Shown: positions 1-17,800 of the stretch, in pieces | Position numbering within the stretch: position 1 is the first letter of the stretch | Layout of the letters: the number at the start of each line of letters is the position of its first letter | Source: the human T2T-CHM13v2.0 reference genome, Homo sapiens | Assembly: GCF_009914755.1 (NCBI RefSeq) | Contig: NC_060937.1 | Strand: one strand, 5' to 3' | Length of the DNA: 64,000 nucleotides | The notes under the pieces: model-generated | Told to the model about the DNA's origin: nothing | The model's database searches: none | Seen by the model: the letters and a program-made list of their open reading frames with translations, nothing else | Program-made: the position numbers and the translations under genes

Positions 1-1764
1 ACAGTGAACATTCAGAACAGTGAGTTAGGAATCTGTGAACCCAGAGGGCTTCCTATCTATCAGTAGTTATGAATCTCACATTTATGGATTTGGTGCTTGT
101 ACTTCAGAGAAAATGAAGGCTGTTTCATAAAAGAACATTGCTGGAAAAATTTCATACAGAATATGCTTTTCATAATAGCAATGAAAAGTAGAAGTTGTGT
201 GGAGAATAAAATCACCATATGCAGAAAAAAAGGTTTAACTGAAAATTCAGCAGTGAATACAATAATAAGCAGAAGGCATTTTATGGATTTTTTTTTTTTT
301 TTCAAAAATCATCCAGTTCTGATTTGGTCTTAGTCTGAGTTTGATAACTGGTTACCATTCCTGTGCCATGTTGAGTAGACTCTCATTTGCTCAACATCAT
401 TGGGTAATGATGTATTTTGTGTGCACACATTTCCTAGGTAATTGAAGACTAACCTTTTAAGAATTAAAACGTCTAATACGGCTTAGGTAAAAATCTTTTC
501 ACTTTATAATCCTTTAAAATTGAGTCCACGGAACACTGTTCAGCATTTTTTTGACAACCAAGATTCATCTTTGACAATTTCATGCATTGTATTATGGTGA
601 AATGCAATGATGTTTCTCCTGGCATGTTGTTTACAGTGGTTTATGTCCATACTAACTGATGCTGGATTGTTCTGTTTGAGGTCTGTTGTCTTCCTCCTCC
701 CCACCCCCCGCCACCCCCTAGTTCTCTCTTTTGTCAAATTGTAATGTTATATTGACTATGTCAGTGTGTTCTCCTTTCTGGATTATTAAAATTTTATGTG
801 GAAAGAGAAACCGGATAACCAAATGTATTAGAAGAAAATAAGGGAATAGGTATATGGGTTCTGAGGATCTCTGTAATGAGTAAAGTTCATGAACTTTCCA
901 TTGTATATATGTTGTGGAATTTATCCTCCACCTTTAGGAACAACAACCAAGCTTCTAGAGAAATGGCCTATGTTTTCTACCTTGGCCAGTTCCTCATACT
1001 TCTTAACCCACTGATTTTTCTCCCCTTTAGAGACTGAGACTCCTCTTACTTTGATTATTATAACATTTTCTCTTTTAATTATTCCTTCTCAGTTCTCTTT
1101 GGTGCCTCTTCTTTGTCTCCCCTCTTGTATGACATTTAAGTCTCAGCCCTCATCTTTCTGCTCTGTCTTGGCCAGCCATCAGAAGGGGATATTGCTAAGG
1201 GTCCTTGGGGCCTATTATTGGAAGGGAGAAAGACTAGTGGGAGCAGGAATGGTCAGCAGAGGGAGAAAGAGCTCAAAAGGCCAGGGAAAGGAGCAAGCTG
1301 CAACTCTGGAAGACTGAGTGTGTGGTATGGTCAGATAAATAACAGGATGGTAGAGGAAGGCTAATCTGAATAGATGTAGAAGCTAGGGCCAGACTCAGCT
1401 AGGAGATTTAGGTACAAGGATGCATCAGAGTCCAGGGAGGATACTCGGTAGCTGACAAAATGTGAGCACTGGGCACATACCACTCCAGCAAGCATCTTTC
1501 AGAAGCTACTTAATGTCCAAAGGTGGAGAGAATACAACTGAGCTCTTCAGGTTCAAGCTCAGAGCAAAGTGACTAGCACACAACTCTGCTAGCTCCTAGC
1601 TGCACCACCCTATTTCACTCTTTATTTTAGAGAGAGGATCAGTATAGGTACCAGTCTATTTAGAAAAGCGATTGAGGAAGGGAAAAGCAAATACAGTCAT
1701 GTGCTGCACAATAATTTTATAGAGAGTTCCATCGCCTCAACCCATGATAGGTTCCATATCGATG

Positions 1765-1870
1765 TTCCTTCAATATTTATTGAGTTTCAGGTATGGGCCA
1801 GGCTTAAGTTGGGCATATTGTGGATACAAAGATGGGTAAGTAGACAAGGTCCTTGTTCTTAAATTTAAGC
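1765..1870 (-). mobile_element. L2 LINE 3' fragment
   Basis: ttccttcaatatttattgagt...ccaggc...gatacaaagatg...agacaaggtccttgttct resembles the antisense L2 3' end; degraded. Confidence 0.5.
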
Positions 1871-1949
1871 CAACACCTGCCACAACCTTCTAAAGGACAA
1901 CAATATGCCCCTGCCTAGCATAATGCAACTATTTTTGGTATACATGAAA

Positions 1950-4030
<2,081 letters not shown>

Positions 4031-4348
4031 ATCTGCAGTGATTTTGTTCACATCGCCATTGCTTTTGAAGCTTATTAATTTGCTAACTATTGTAATTTGT
4101 TGTTTGAGATATTCCATTGTTATTTTTATTGAATAGGGAGGAGTAGATGTTTTTGATATTTCCTGTAAATTGCTATGTATATACACAATAGTAAGAAAAC
4201 CTGTACATGTTGTAGTTAAGAGTGAAATATATTTATTTCATTTCAGAATCTATTGCCTTATTTAAAGACGAATTGGGGAAGACTAAGTTGTCTTTTTTGA
4301 AGATCTCACGAAATGGATTCCATTTTAGAATATCTCACAAAATTTCAA

Positions 4349-4508
4349 CAGAATAAGCAGAGTGAATGCCCTCCATTTTGAAGGATAAGTCATATGTCAA
4401 GTAAAATGTCTCAGCATATGACAACATCTTGTAGAAAGACTTTGACCTCCAGTGTGTATCATTGTGATCATGGGGATATGTTGTAGTTGGTGTGATTTTT
4501 CTTATTTG
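4349..4508. repeat. Donor copy of a ~160-bp local direct duplication (second copy at 5521-5676)
   Basis: Aligns by eye to 5521-5676 from cagaataagc to tgtgatttttcttatttg. Confidence 0.95.
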
Positions 4509-5504
4509 TCAACTATATGACAGCTCTAAATTGTAAAACACATCAGTTAGACTCGGTTTTTGAATATATGATATTACTTTGAAGATGCTGGCCTCACAAA
4601 CTGAATCAGGAATTTCAGTAAGATCAAAATAGGGTCTTTTAATCTGTGATCCAGATAATCTTACCCTAATGGTGTTTGTTTTATGTTTATTGAGTTGAAA
4701 ATAGTACTAACATTTAGGAGGAAAATAACCCAATCTAATGATGTCTTCTCTTTTGATAAGGACTTTGTACTTGGCTATTATTTATGAAGCACCTTGATAA
4801 ACAAGATAGGCTTACAGTTGATAGAATATACAGTTCTTTGATTCTACAAATAGTAGTAAGTTGAAGAGATACACTTTCAAAAATGAAATTACATTTTAGT
4901 AATGAAATATGCTTGACAATTCCATAAAACTCAGTAATATAGTCAAAGAAATGAACAGTATACAATTTATTCTCCTGAAATGCATGTTTATTTAGTGTGG
5001 ATTAGCTCATACGCAACTGTTAAATAGGGAGCTGATGCCAGCATCGCATGGAAAGTGTGCCACGTATGTTCCAGCATGTTAACAGCTCATAGCTCTTAGA
5101 TGTAAACCTTTTCATAATTGAGGAGAAAGCCTTAGCAATTAGGAAGACCTTAAGGAAATAATTGAAAATCTTACAGAAGTGACTTCCTTTCTTGCAAGAA
5201 AGTGCCTTTGTGGTTTAGTGGCTTTAAAAAATGGGACGATTTCCACAATGTGATGCTGTCTCTAGGGAAGCTGCAAATGCAAAAGTAGCAGCTGAGAATA
5301 CATTTCTCCCAGGTTGCAAACATTGTTGGGGAAGAATATCCCCAGGTTGAATTTTTAATTTTCATATAATTGGCCTCTTAAAAGGGAATTATTCATGGAT
5401 TTATATCTCAAAGTAGTAGACACAAACCTAAGGATATAAAAGATTGCAGAATGGACAAGATGATATTAAGTGCAAATGCCAACGGAAGCTTTATTTTACT
5501 AGTA

Positions 5505-5692
5505 ATTTATCAGGATATATCAGAATAAGCACAGATAAATGCCCTCCATTTTCTTCAAGGATAAGTCATATGTCAAGTAAAATGTCTGAGCATATGACAA
5601 CATCTTGCAGAAAGATTTTTGACTTCCAGGATGTATCACCATGAAATGTTCTAGTTGCTGTGATTTTTCTTATTTGGATTTATCAGGATATA
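5505..5692. repeat. Inserted copy of 4349-4508 flanked by a perfect 15-bp direct repeat (ATTTATCAGGATATA)
   Basis: ATTTATCAGGATATA at 5505-5519 and 5678-5692 brackets the duplicated segment 5521-5676. Confidence 0.9.
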
Positions 5693-5808
5693 GTAATTTT
5701 TTTTAATCTTTTGGTTAAAGAGTCCTATAGGTTTTTACTGCTATACCACAACCCTGTTTTCTCAATAAGCGCATAAGGTTTTTTTTTTTTTTTCCTAAAA
5801 AAAGCATA

Positions 5809-6323
5809 TGTAATAACAAATTGTATGTGTCAGCTTGATTGGACTAAGGAATGCCCAGGTAGCTGATAAAACATTACTTCTGGGTGTGTCTGTGAGGATG
5901 TTGTTGGAAGACATGAGCATTTGAATCGGTGACTTGAATAAAACAAGTGGCCCTCCCCAGTGTGGGTGGGCATCATCCAACTTACTGAGGGCCTAAATAA
6001 AACAAAAAGGTAGAGGAAGGGTGAGTTTAGTTTACTCCCTCTTTTTGAGATGGGACAACCATCTTCTTATCTCTTGCCTTTGAACATTAGCACTTTTGGT
6101 CTCAGGCCTTTGGACTGAGACTGAATTACACCTCTAGCTTTTTTGTTCTCTAGCTTGCAAAAATGGCAGATCATGGGACTTCTCAGCATTCATAATCATA
6201 TGAGCCAATAAATCTCTCTTCTCTCCCCCCAATCCCTCTCCATATAGATCTATATTAGTATGTGTATATATGCATGTATATCTCCTATTGGTTCTGTTTC
6301 TCTGGAGGACCCAAACTAATACA
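5809..6323 (+). mobile_element. MLT2-family solo LTR (ERV-L)
   Basis: tg..tgtgtcagcttgattgg...ttctgggtgtgtctgtgagg...ctattggttctgtttctctggagg...ctaataca; TG...CA ends; 5-bp TSD gcata on both sides. Confidence 0.88.
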
Positions 6324-6554
6324 GCATATTTGGGTGTAGGGCAAAAAGGCCAGTACATGGACTAGGAAGACTGGTGTGAACCTTTCTTTGTGTAAGAGAC
6401 AAAGATTTGTAGTGAAAATTCATTGTTCATGGTTCACTTTATATTGTTCAGATAAAAGGAGATTATATATGTGAAATTGCTGTATATATTTTAAATCATT
6501 TGTTTTCTTGTTGGGAAATATCTGAAGAGTAAGATTCTCTATAAACTCTTTGTT

Positions 6555-6865
6555 ATTTTTTACTCAACAAGCCTTTAAGAAGTGCTACCTCTATATGAGG
6601 AACTGTGTAAAGTGTTGAGGGTAAAATGAGTAAAATCATCATGCTCCTGCCTTTGTGGACAGGACCATGCCTTACAATTCCATAGGGGAGATGGAGTTAA
6701 GTAAGAGAATCTCAGAAATGGCTGTTAAATTAAAGGCCATAAAGGAAATGAACATGTGACATGAGAGTCCATAATAAAGTATCTTGCTCTTGACTAGGGC
6801 ATTGGGGACAGCTCCTCTGAGGAAAGGCCACTTGAACTGGATTAGCATAAATAGGAGTTAATTGT
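6555..6865 (-). mobile_element. L2 LINE, 3' part (continues after the THE1 at ~11410-12900)
   Basis: Antisense L2 3'-end-like sequence (ttactcaacaag...tgtgtaaagtgttgaggg...ctcctgcctttgtgga), interrupted by the THE1. Confidence 0.6.
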
Positions 6866-7851
6866 GTGTGTATGTGTGACATGGTTTGGCTCTGTGTCCT
6901 TACTCAAATCTTATCTTGTAGCTCCCATAATTTCCACATGTTGTGGGAGAGACTCAGTGGGAGATGATTGAATCATGGGGGAAGGTCTTTCCTGTGCTGT
7001 TCTTGTGATAGTGAATGGATCTCATGAAATCTGATGATTTTTAAAAATGGGAGTTTCCCTGTACAAGCTCTCTTTTTGCCTGCTGCCGTCCACATAAGAT
7101 GTGACTTGCTCCTCCTTGCCTTCTACCATGATTGTGAGGTCTCCCCAGCCATGTGGAACTGAAAGTCCAATAAACGTCTTTCTTTTGTAAATTGCCGAGT
7201 CTTGGGTATGCCTTTATGAGCAGCATGAAAACGGACTAATGCAGTAAATTGGTACCAGCGGTGGGTTCTAGAGGATGGTGGCCCTCTTCTCACAGCTACA
7301 TAGGTGCTGCTTCAGGAGGGACCCTTTGTGGGAGCTCCCACCCCACACTTCCCTTCTGCACTGCCCTAGCAAAAGTTCTCCATGAAAGCCCTGCCCCTTC
7401 AGCAAACTTCTCCCTGGGCATCCAGGCATTTCCATACATCTTCTGAAATCTAGGTAGAGGCTCCCAAACATCAATTCTTAACTTCTGTGCACTTGCAGGC
7501 TCAACATCATATGGAAGATGCCAAAGCTTGAGGCTTGCACCCTCTGAATCCATAGCCTGAGCTTTATGTTGGCCCCTTTCAGCCACAGCTGGAGTGGCTG
7601 GGATGCAGGGCAGCAAGTCCCTAGGCTGCACACAGCATGGGGACCCAGAGCCTGGCCTACAAAACCACTTTTTCCTCCTACCCTCCAGGCCTGTGATGGG
7701 AAGGACTGGCAAGAAGACCTCTGACATGCCCTGGAGACATTTTTCCCATTGTCTTGGAAATTAACATTCGGCTCCTTGTAACTTATGCAAATTTCTGCAG
7801 CAGGTTTGAATTTCTCCTTAGAAAATAGCATTGCCAGGCTGCAAATTTTCT

Positions 7852-10272
<2,421 letters not shown>

Positions 10273-11439
10273 CTAAACTTTTATGCTCTGCTTCCCTTAT
10301 AAAACTGCATGCCTTTAACAGCACCCAATTCAGCTCTTGAATGCTTTGCTGCTGAGAAATTTCTTCCACTAGATACCCTAAATCATCTCTCTCAAGTTCA
10401 AAGTTCTACAAATCTCTAAGGCAGGGTCAAAATACGGCCAGTCTCTTTGCTAAAAGATAACAGGAGTCACCTTTGCTCCAGTTCCCAACAAGTTCCTCGT
10501 TTTCATCTGAGACCCCAGAATGGTAGATCCACTGACAACTTGTACCATGTACCTAGAAAAACCACAGGCACTCAATGCCAGCCTGTGAAGGCAGCCGGAA
10601 GGGAGGCTGTACCCTGCAAAGCCACAGGGGCGGAGCTGCCCAAGACTACGGGAGCCTATACCTCTTGCATCAGCATGACCTGGATATGAGACATGGAATC
10701 AAAGGAGATCATTTTGGAGCTTTAAGATTTGACTGCCCTGCTGGATTTTGAACTTGCATGGGGCCTGTAGCCCCTTCGTTTTGGCCAATTTCTCCCATTT
10801 GGAGTGGTTGTATTTATCCAATGCCTGTACCACCACTGTATCTAGGAAGTAACTAACTTGCTTTTGATTTTACAGGTTCATAGGTGGAAGGGACTTGCAT
10901 TGTCTTGGGTGAAACTTTGGACTGTGTACTTCTGAGTTAATGCTGATATGAGTTGAGACTTTGGGGGACTGTTGGGAAGGCATGATTGGTTTTGAAATGT
11001 GAAGATATGAGATTTGGGAGGGGCCAGTGGTACATGATATGGTTCAGCTCTGTGTCCCCACTCAAATCTTATTTTGTAGCTCCCATAATTCCCATGTGTT
11101 GTGGGAGGGTCCCTGTAGGAAGTGATTGAATCATGGAGGCAGGTCTTTCCTGTGCTATTCTTGTTATAGTGAATGGGTTTCATAAGATCTGATGGTTTTT
11201 AAAAACAGGAGTTTCCCTGCATAAGCTCTCTTTTTGCCTGCTGCCATCCATGTAAGATGTAACTTGCTCCTCCTTGCCTTCCACCATGATTGTGAGGCCT
11301 CCTCAGCCATATGGAACTGTAAGTCCAATAAACCTCTTTCTTTTGTAAATTTCCCAGTCTTGGATATGTCTTCATCAGCAGCATGAAATGGGTAAATGGA
11401 CTAATACAGTGTGTGTATGCGTGTGTGCATGCACGTGCA

Positions 11440-12900
11440 TGAACAGGGTCATTCCAGGCAGAGGCACAGGCTTATTCCACATAAGGATGTAGTGTGTACA
11501 GAGGTCTCACGGCAGAAAAAAGGACTGATGTTTGAGGATTTGGGAGAAGACTAATGTGCTTGTGTTCCCGGCAAGAGTAGAGTTTGATAGGCAGGGCAGA
11601 GATCTGGCAAAGTCTCATGGTTCATGCTAATTCTGTTGAGGTTAAATTCTGTTAAGAACATGGAATTCACTGAAGAATTTTAAGTGGTGTTATCAGATTT
11701 GCATTCCAAAAAGATATCTCTTACTGCTGGAAAGAACAAATTGTAAAGAGGCAAGAGAGATCTTGGAGTCCAATTAGGAGGGTATTATAGTAGACTAAGC
11801 AGTTTTCTTTGACAACTCCACGTTATTTCTGTCACTTAGAATGGGATGGTGGCAATGGATATGCACAGATCTAGGAAGTTTAGGGCTGAAATCAACTGAA
11901 CAAGCTACACTGAATATAAGGGGTGAGGGGAAGGCAATAAAGATTATATCTATGTTTCTGCTTTGAAAAACTGAATGATGGTGGTGCCATTCATTGTGTG
12001 GAGCTCTGGATTTGGGGGAGAAGATAGTAAATTTGATCTTGGACATGTTGTGTCTTAGGTGTCTGAGAGACTTTCACATGCAGATGTCCAGCAGCAAGTT
12101 GAATATGTAGGTCTAGAGTTCAGAGAGTAGACTTGGGCTATTGGAGACATGAATTTGTGAAACAGCTGCATGGAATTGCTAATTGAATCTGTTAAACTTA
12201 AGCAAATTAAATTTAAAGGAGTTTAATTGAGCAGTGAAAGATTTGCAAATCGGGCAGCCCCCAGAATCAGCAGATTCAGAGAGACTTCAGGGACGCCTCG
12301 TGGTCAGAACAAATTTTTAGACAAAACGGGAAAGTGATATACAGAAATTGGAGGTGAGGTACAGAAACAGCTGGATTGATTACATCTTGGCATTTTCCTT
12401 ATTTGAACACAGATTGAACACTCAGCAGTGTATGAGTGGTTGAAGTACAGCTGCTGGGATTGGGCAAGATGTAGCTATTGTTACAGGCACATACTCCTAA
12501 GTTAGGTTTTCAGTCTTGTCTACCTATTAAGTTAGATCATAGTTCATCCACAAGAACTCAAATGTAGAAGTACGGAGTTCTTCTCCAGCCATATTTGGTT
12601 CACTTTAACAAATCCATGTGCACTGATGACACTGTTGATGGAGAGACTACAGACTGAAAAACAGAATTCTGAGCTAGGGCTCAGCTTTAAAGAACCACTA
12701 AGAAGTAGGTAGAGGAAGATGAACCAGCAGAGGAGAATTTGAATGAATAGAGAAATAAGAGGGATGTGTGACATAAGTGAAACCAAGGAAAGTGAGTGTT
12801 TCAAGAACTCTCTCTGTCTTTCTCAAGATGAGAGAATCTTCAACATGTTTAAAAATGCTAATGAGAATGAAAGGATCAAATAAGAGGGAGAGAGAAGAGA
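11440..12900 (-). mobile_element. L2 LINE continuation, interrupted by a solo LTR
   Basis: L2-type antisense motifs (cattccaggcagagg, gatggtggtgccattcattg, ttggacatgttg, agttgaatatgtaggtct, aaaccaaggaaag..gtttcaag). Confidence 0.7.
12190..12610 (-). mobile_element. ERV1-class solo LTR (MER57-like)
   Basis: tgttaaa...tttaaca inverted termini; 4-bp TSD aatc at 12186-12189 and 12611-12614; resembles the MER57 family from memory. Confidence 0.8.
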
Positions 12901-13129
12901 ATTTATAGTGTAGGTTTCTTGTCTCTTACACTCTGGACAGAAATTGATAATGTTGTATGAGCTCAATATAGACTTGGTTTCTGACACATATAGGAAATCT
13001 ACATTTTAACACTTTTGTAAAAATCATGTTCAATAAGATGACCTTCTGATAATAGGATTGCTCTTTCAGGTCTTTTATATATAGCAGGGCTACATTCTAG
13101 CCATACCACTCTCTGGATGATATGTATTG

Positions 13130-14800
13130 TTCTCCTAGATTGGTTATAATTCCCATTTGAGATTTTGTAACTTAAATACTGAATTAAAATGTTAACAACT
13201 ATTAACATAACTAATGTTTATAAAGGGGGAAAATAGTTAATATAGATATATTCAAGAAACAAGAAAATACATATAGCTGCTTCTATCCTTGTATTTAGAG
13301 CTGGTCATGTGGCTATACTTTCTCCAGTATCCATTCCCTGTTCTCCTTCCCTATGCCTATACTCAGCTGGTTGGAATTCTTTACCTGATAGAGTTCTCAA
13401 AACCTTCATTTCTGAAGGGTTGGTACCATTAGTAGTCCTTTCTCTATTGAGCTGCTGGTATGTTCCAATAACTGTTACTTAGCAGATTCCACGTTTACTT
13501 CTCCCTCTCTCCATTGCATAGAAGCAACACAGTTTTTCCTTAATTACCAGTATCAATTACCCCAGAAATATGGTAACCTCCTTTTTTGCTAACTCAGTGG
13601 CATAAAGAATCAAATGTGGCCAAGTAGTAATCTCGGCCTCTAGTTAAAAAATAAGTTAACAATTTTTGTTATTGTTAACAGAAAGAATTGCTTCCCGGTG
13701 GAAGCATTCCTTTCATGGGGACCAAGATAATGAAAACAGCAGGGCACAGAGATGTTGGGATATTTAAAGCAAACATTTTACAAGTAGCTTATTAGGGATA
13801 ATAGTGAAGGAAGTCACTTAAACTAGAAAATTCCTAGAAACTATGTGTTGTTTGCTGGTTCAGACCTTGTACTACATCTTTGAGGGCAGCAATTATGGTG
13901 GACACTGTGATGCATTATTCAGACTCTCCACTGAGGAATAAAATACCCACATTCCCAGCTTCTGGAAGTGCTATTGACCTTTAGTTTTCAGCCCCTTTTG
14001 GGGGATTCCCTCAGTTGAGGAGAGTTAACTTCTTCCAAGGCCACATCCCCTTTTTTGAGCCTACTGCAGTCAGTGACAAGATAATTAACATGGGGGCATA
14101 AGGGCCCAGTCCTTTTTCCCGAACTCTGGAAAACTCTGAATGGCCATGTCATCGTCAATACTCTGCACAGAGTTAGCTGAGGCTTCCATTGAGCCTGCAT
14201 TGCACCTCAACTTCTGTGTCTGTTCAATTCTGCTTCCTTCCATCTCTTCCACAAATATTGATTGCAAGACTTCCTGCATGCTAATCTTGTTAGAGTCAGC
14301 CTCTTGAGAAACCCAAGAGGCAACAGCCTGTAGTCAGCAAAGTAATCAAGCTGGCCATGTAACCATTTCTTCAATAGGTCAGTCCTCTATTCCATCAGGC
14401 CAGCTGTTTGTTTTGTTAGGGTGAAACCAATGAATCCAGTAGATGTGAGCTTATTTCCTTCTTTTGCTGAGGAATGTGTTCCCTTGTCAGAAGTAACTAT
14501 ATGTGGGACATTATGGAGGGAATGAGACTTTCCCTAAGTCCATATTTGTTGGTGACAACAGAAGTATTGTGGGCAGGGAGAGCACATTTGTATCCTGAAT
14601 ATATCTCTATATCTATATACATATATATTCTATATATATTATAGCATGCATATATATAAAAAATCAGGATACACACATATTCCCACAAGAACAAATCAAT
14701 GACCATTCCATAGTAGAAGAGGACCTTTCCATAGCAGAAGAAATCTACCAAGGGGCTGGCTGGTTTTCTCAGGGGAATAAGAGTCACACTGAGGGCTCAA
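13130..14800 (-). mobile_element. Second degraded ERV-L internal relic (dUTPase/integrase-like), interrupted by an LTR16-like element
   Basis: Resembles 2060-2650 (gagctggtcatgtggctata; cccggtggaagcattcc...gggaccaag reads LVPMKGMLPPG on the minus strand). Confidence 0.6.
13906..14325 (+). mobile_element. LTR16-like ERV-L solo LTR
   Basis: tcagcccct..ggggattccctcag..gagagt, gggcataagggcccag, ttcctgcatgctaatct..agagtcagcctct..gaaaccca are typical of LTR16. Confidence 0.65.
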
Positions 14801-17800
14801 CCTATGGCGGGAAAGATATACGTGCATCACAACTAAACTAACGTTGTTCAAAATATGTTCAGAACACCTATTTGGAATCACTTTCAGAACTCTTAGAGTC
14901 ATATATTTTATTTTTTTCTCCCAAACTGTGTTACCTACTATAGGTGTACAGTACCTACACATGTAGGCTTTATATGTAGTACTTTCTAAATCTCTGATAT
15001 AAATGTTCTTACAGGTTTTATATTATTTTGTCACTAAGCTTTAGAAGTCTTTGATGATTACCAAACACCTTTGAATATTTCCGAATTCTGAGTGATCTCT
15101 ATGTGATGAAAATTATATATATATATATGAACTAGCATTGCTAAAAAAAGAGAATGAAAAGGAAATACATTAAAATTTTAGTTGAATAGTGGATTTATGA
15201 GAGATATTGAATCTTCCTTCTATTTTTCTGAAAATTCTACTTTTTTGAAACTTTTATTATGAGTAGATATTACTTTTATAGTGAGAAAAAATATGGACTT
15301 CAAAAAAAGAAAGCTGTTCTTTTTTGTTTGTTTTCTATATAAGGGGCATGTTATGTTCAAAAACAGTTAAGCATATACTTAAAAAAGATAGTTTTCCTTT
15401 TTTTCCCCAGCCCAAGCTCCTGGTGACAAATTACCATCTGTGTGCGCAGGTGTGGTTGAGAACAGCCTGGGACCAACAGTTCTTTCAACATTGTGCAGTA
15501 GAGACATTTGGATATTTTTATCAATTTTTATTATATTGCTGGTTATTCCTATCAGTTGTTAGAAGGTGAAATGCTTTCATTATATTTGTTAATTACCTAG
15601 GCAATGATTTAAAAATATATTCATACCTTTTTCATTCTTTCCATGAAATGATATATAATTTTCATCTTGCCCTCGCACAAGGCAATTACCTTGTTACTTT
15701 GTTACCACAATTACTGAAATTAATATTCATTTCCTTTATAATTTAGTAGATCATGAAAATGGACTTCATGCTGGATCTACTATCATAGTTTCCTTCAGGG
15801 GTTCGTAATTTCAGTATGCCATCTTTCTTTTCCCCCACAAAGGGTTTGTATCAATCAGTCATCAATGTACGTTCATCAGGAGGCATTCCTAGGGAAATGA
15901 CAGGTTGAACTTTTCATAAATTTCAGTTTTATGTGACTAAAGTAGAGTTAAATGAATTTGCTGCAGTCTTAAGGTTGGAGCGAGGTAAAAGAATGCATAG
16001 CTTCTGGCTTAAGGCTGAATGGGTCAAGGTTCCCTGTCTAACATCATTGAATTTTGAATAGTTTGATTAATCAAAGCTGAAGATTTCTTTGCTTGATCTT
16101 TTAGAGTGGTTTTAATAATATAGATAGTTCATTAAGCACATCGTATTATTATTTTTTTTCTTCTTTTAAATCTAGTAGTCTAAGATTCACTCACCTTAAG
16201 TAAGTCAGGAGATATTTTGAAGATTTCTTTCAGGCTCCAAATGCCATGATTTGGGAAATTTTGATTGGCAACACAGCCTTGCTATGGAATCAGGAATTAC
16301 GTACGGTTACAAAGGAGAACAATTTTTTTTTTATCTGTTCTATTCACTCCTGCATACTTGATCTCTTTGAATGTTCTGTCTGGAATGTGTCTATCTATTA
16401 TGTTTTTGAAAGACACAATTGGCTAAACCCCCACTGTTTCAATTGTATTTCCCATTTGAAGATACTGAAGCTTCTGGAACTTGATAAGCTTTTGTAACTA
16501 AAAAATAAATGGATCACACAGATTGAGTTTCTTCTTATAAAAAATGGAATCATCAACTTCTCTTTATTCTGTTGAGTTCTGCTGGCATAAAGACATGTGA
16601 ATCCCATCAGCCTGCTGAAATGACCATTTTTGTCCTTACCTTGGGTAATGGGGTTGACGAACAGATTGTTTTGCTTCCAGAAAGCAGGAGAACTGCTTTG
16701 GGGAATGGGTGCTTAGCAATATGCAGTGTACTGCAACATCTTTTTAGCTGGGAAGAATATTTGCCCAATTCTAAAGGGGCTCAAATCAGTTATTAGCCTA
16801 TGTTCCTCATGAGGTCTTTAACCAAACTATACCCGGTCTATATAGCAGAAATTTTAAGGAGTTTACTTTTGAATGCATACTAAGTCTTAAATGCTGGATC
16901 AAGTGAGAATTAGACTTAAGATATAGGTTGTTCCAGATTTTTACCCAAATAGAATTCCTGGCTTCTGCTTCATTGGCTTACAGTGGGCTTCTGTTGTTGG
17001 AAATGAAAAGCAAATCAGAAGATATCAAATGGAATTACCATTTTTGAATATGCCAGATCTTTATAGCTCTGTTGTAGCAACCTGAGAGTCAGAAGAAATT
17101 ATAAGTTAAAGACGAGAAAATGTAATTATATCTCTGTGGGCTTGTAAGCCAGTTAAGTTATGAAATTTGCTTTTCTAAAGTGAGCCTTCCTATGAGGCAG
17201 GCTTTTTAGTATTTCTCACTCTAGCAAATTGCAGCAGAACACTATTCTTGTGAAAAATTATGTCTCTGCTTTTCTTCTTCTCCTTTTTAAGGGAAACATT
17301 TTTATTTCAATTGGTTAGCAGATACCAGAGTCCATTTTCATGATGTCTTTAAAATTTTAGATGATATCTTTTATCACAAGGTTATAAATGGTGGAAAGGC
17401 ATTTAAATTGAGTGATTCACTGACAATACACTAATAAATGTTGATATCAAAAAAATGTAAAATAATGCGGAGGCTTTCTTCAGGACATACAAATAAGAAA
17501 GGGTGTTGTGCCACATGGCACATGCTAATTATAGTGGTCAATCCAACTAGACAACCGCAGAGTCACAAACAGTAGTTCCCAATAGGAAAGCACAGAATTT
17601 GACTCTGACTATTGCTCCCAAATATGAAGCACTGCAGTGATGTGGGGGTGGGGCACTAGGAGGTTTCTCTGAGGAGCATGCACAGTCATAAAGAAACCTA
17701 ACAAGAGCAATTAACTTTCAAAATGGCATTAAAAATGCCATATTGCGCTGTTAGCACTCAAAGGATACCTTAAAACAATTTGCTTGGGTAAATGAAAAAG

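Noticed and set aside
693-718. C-rich tract able to form a minus-strand G-quadruplex, and the similar tract in the L1 3'UTR at ~8012-8033
   Set aside because: The first is an isolated low-complexity tract with no context; the second is the known L1 3'UTR G-rich tract.
4349-4430. H/ACA snoRNA reading of the duplicated segment (AGAATA as H box, hairpin, then ACA)
   Set aside because: Only one short 8-bp stem is evident, with no two-hairpin architecture or pseudouridylation pocket, and the boxes are too short to be significant without an Rfam or snoGPS hit.
7296-7831. 143-aa and 117-aa minus-strand ORFs
   Set aside because: They lie in the inverted THE1 internal sequence and are MaLR remnants, not a host gene.
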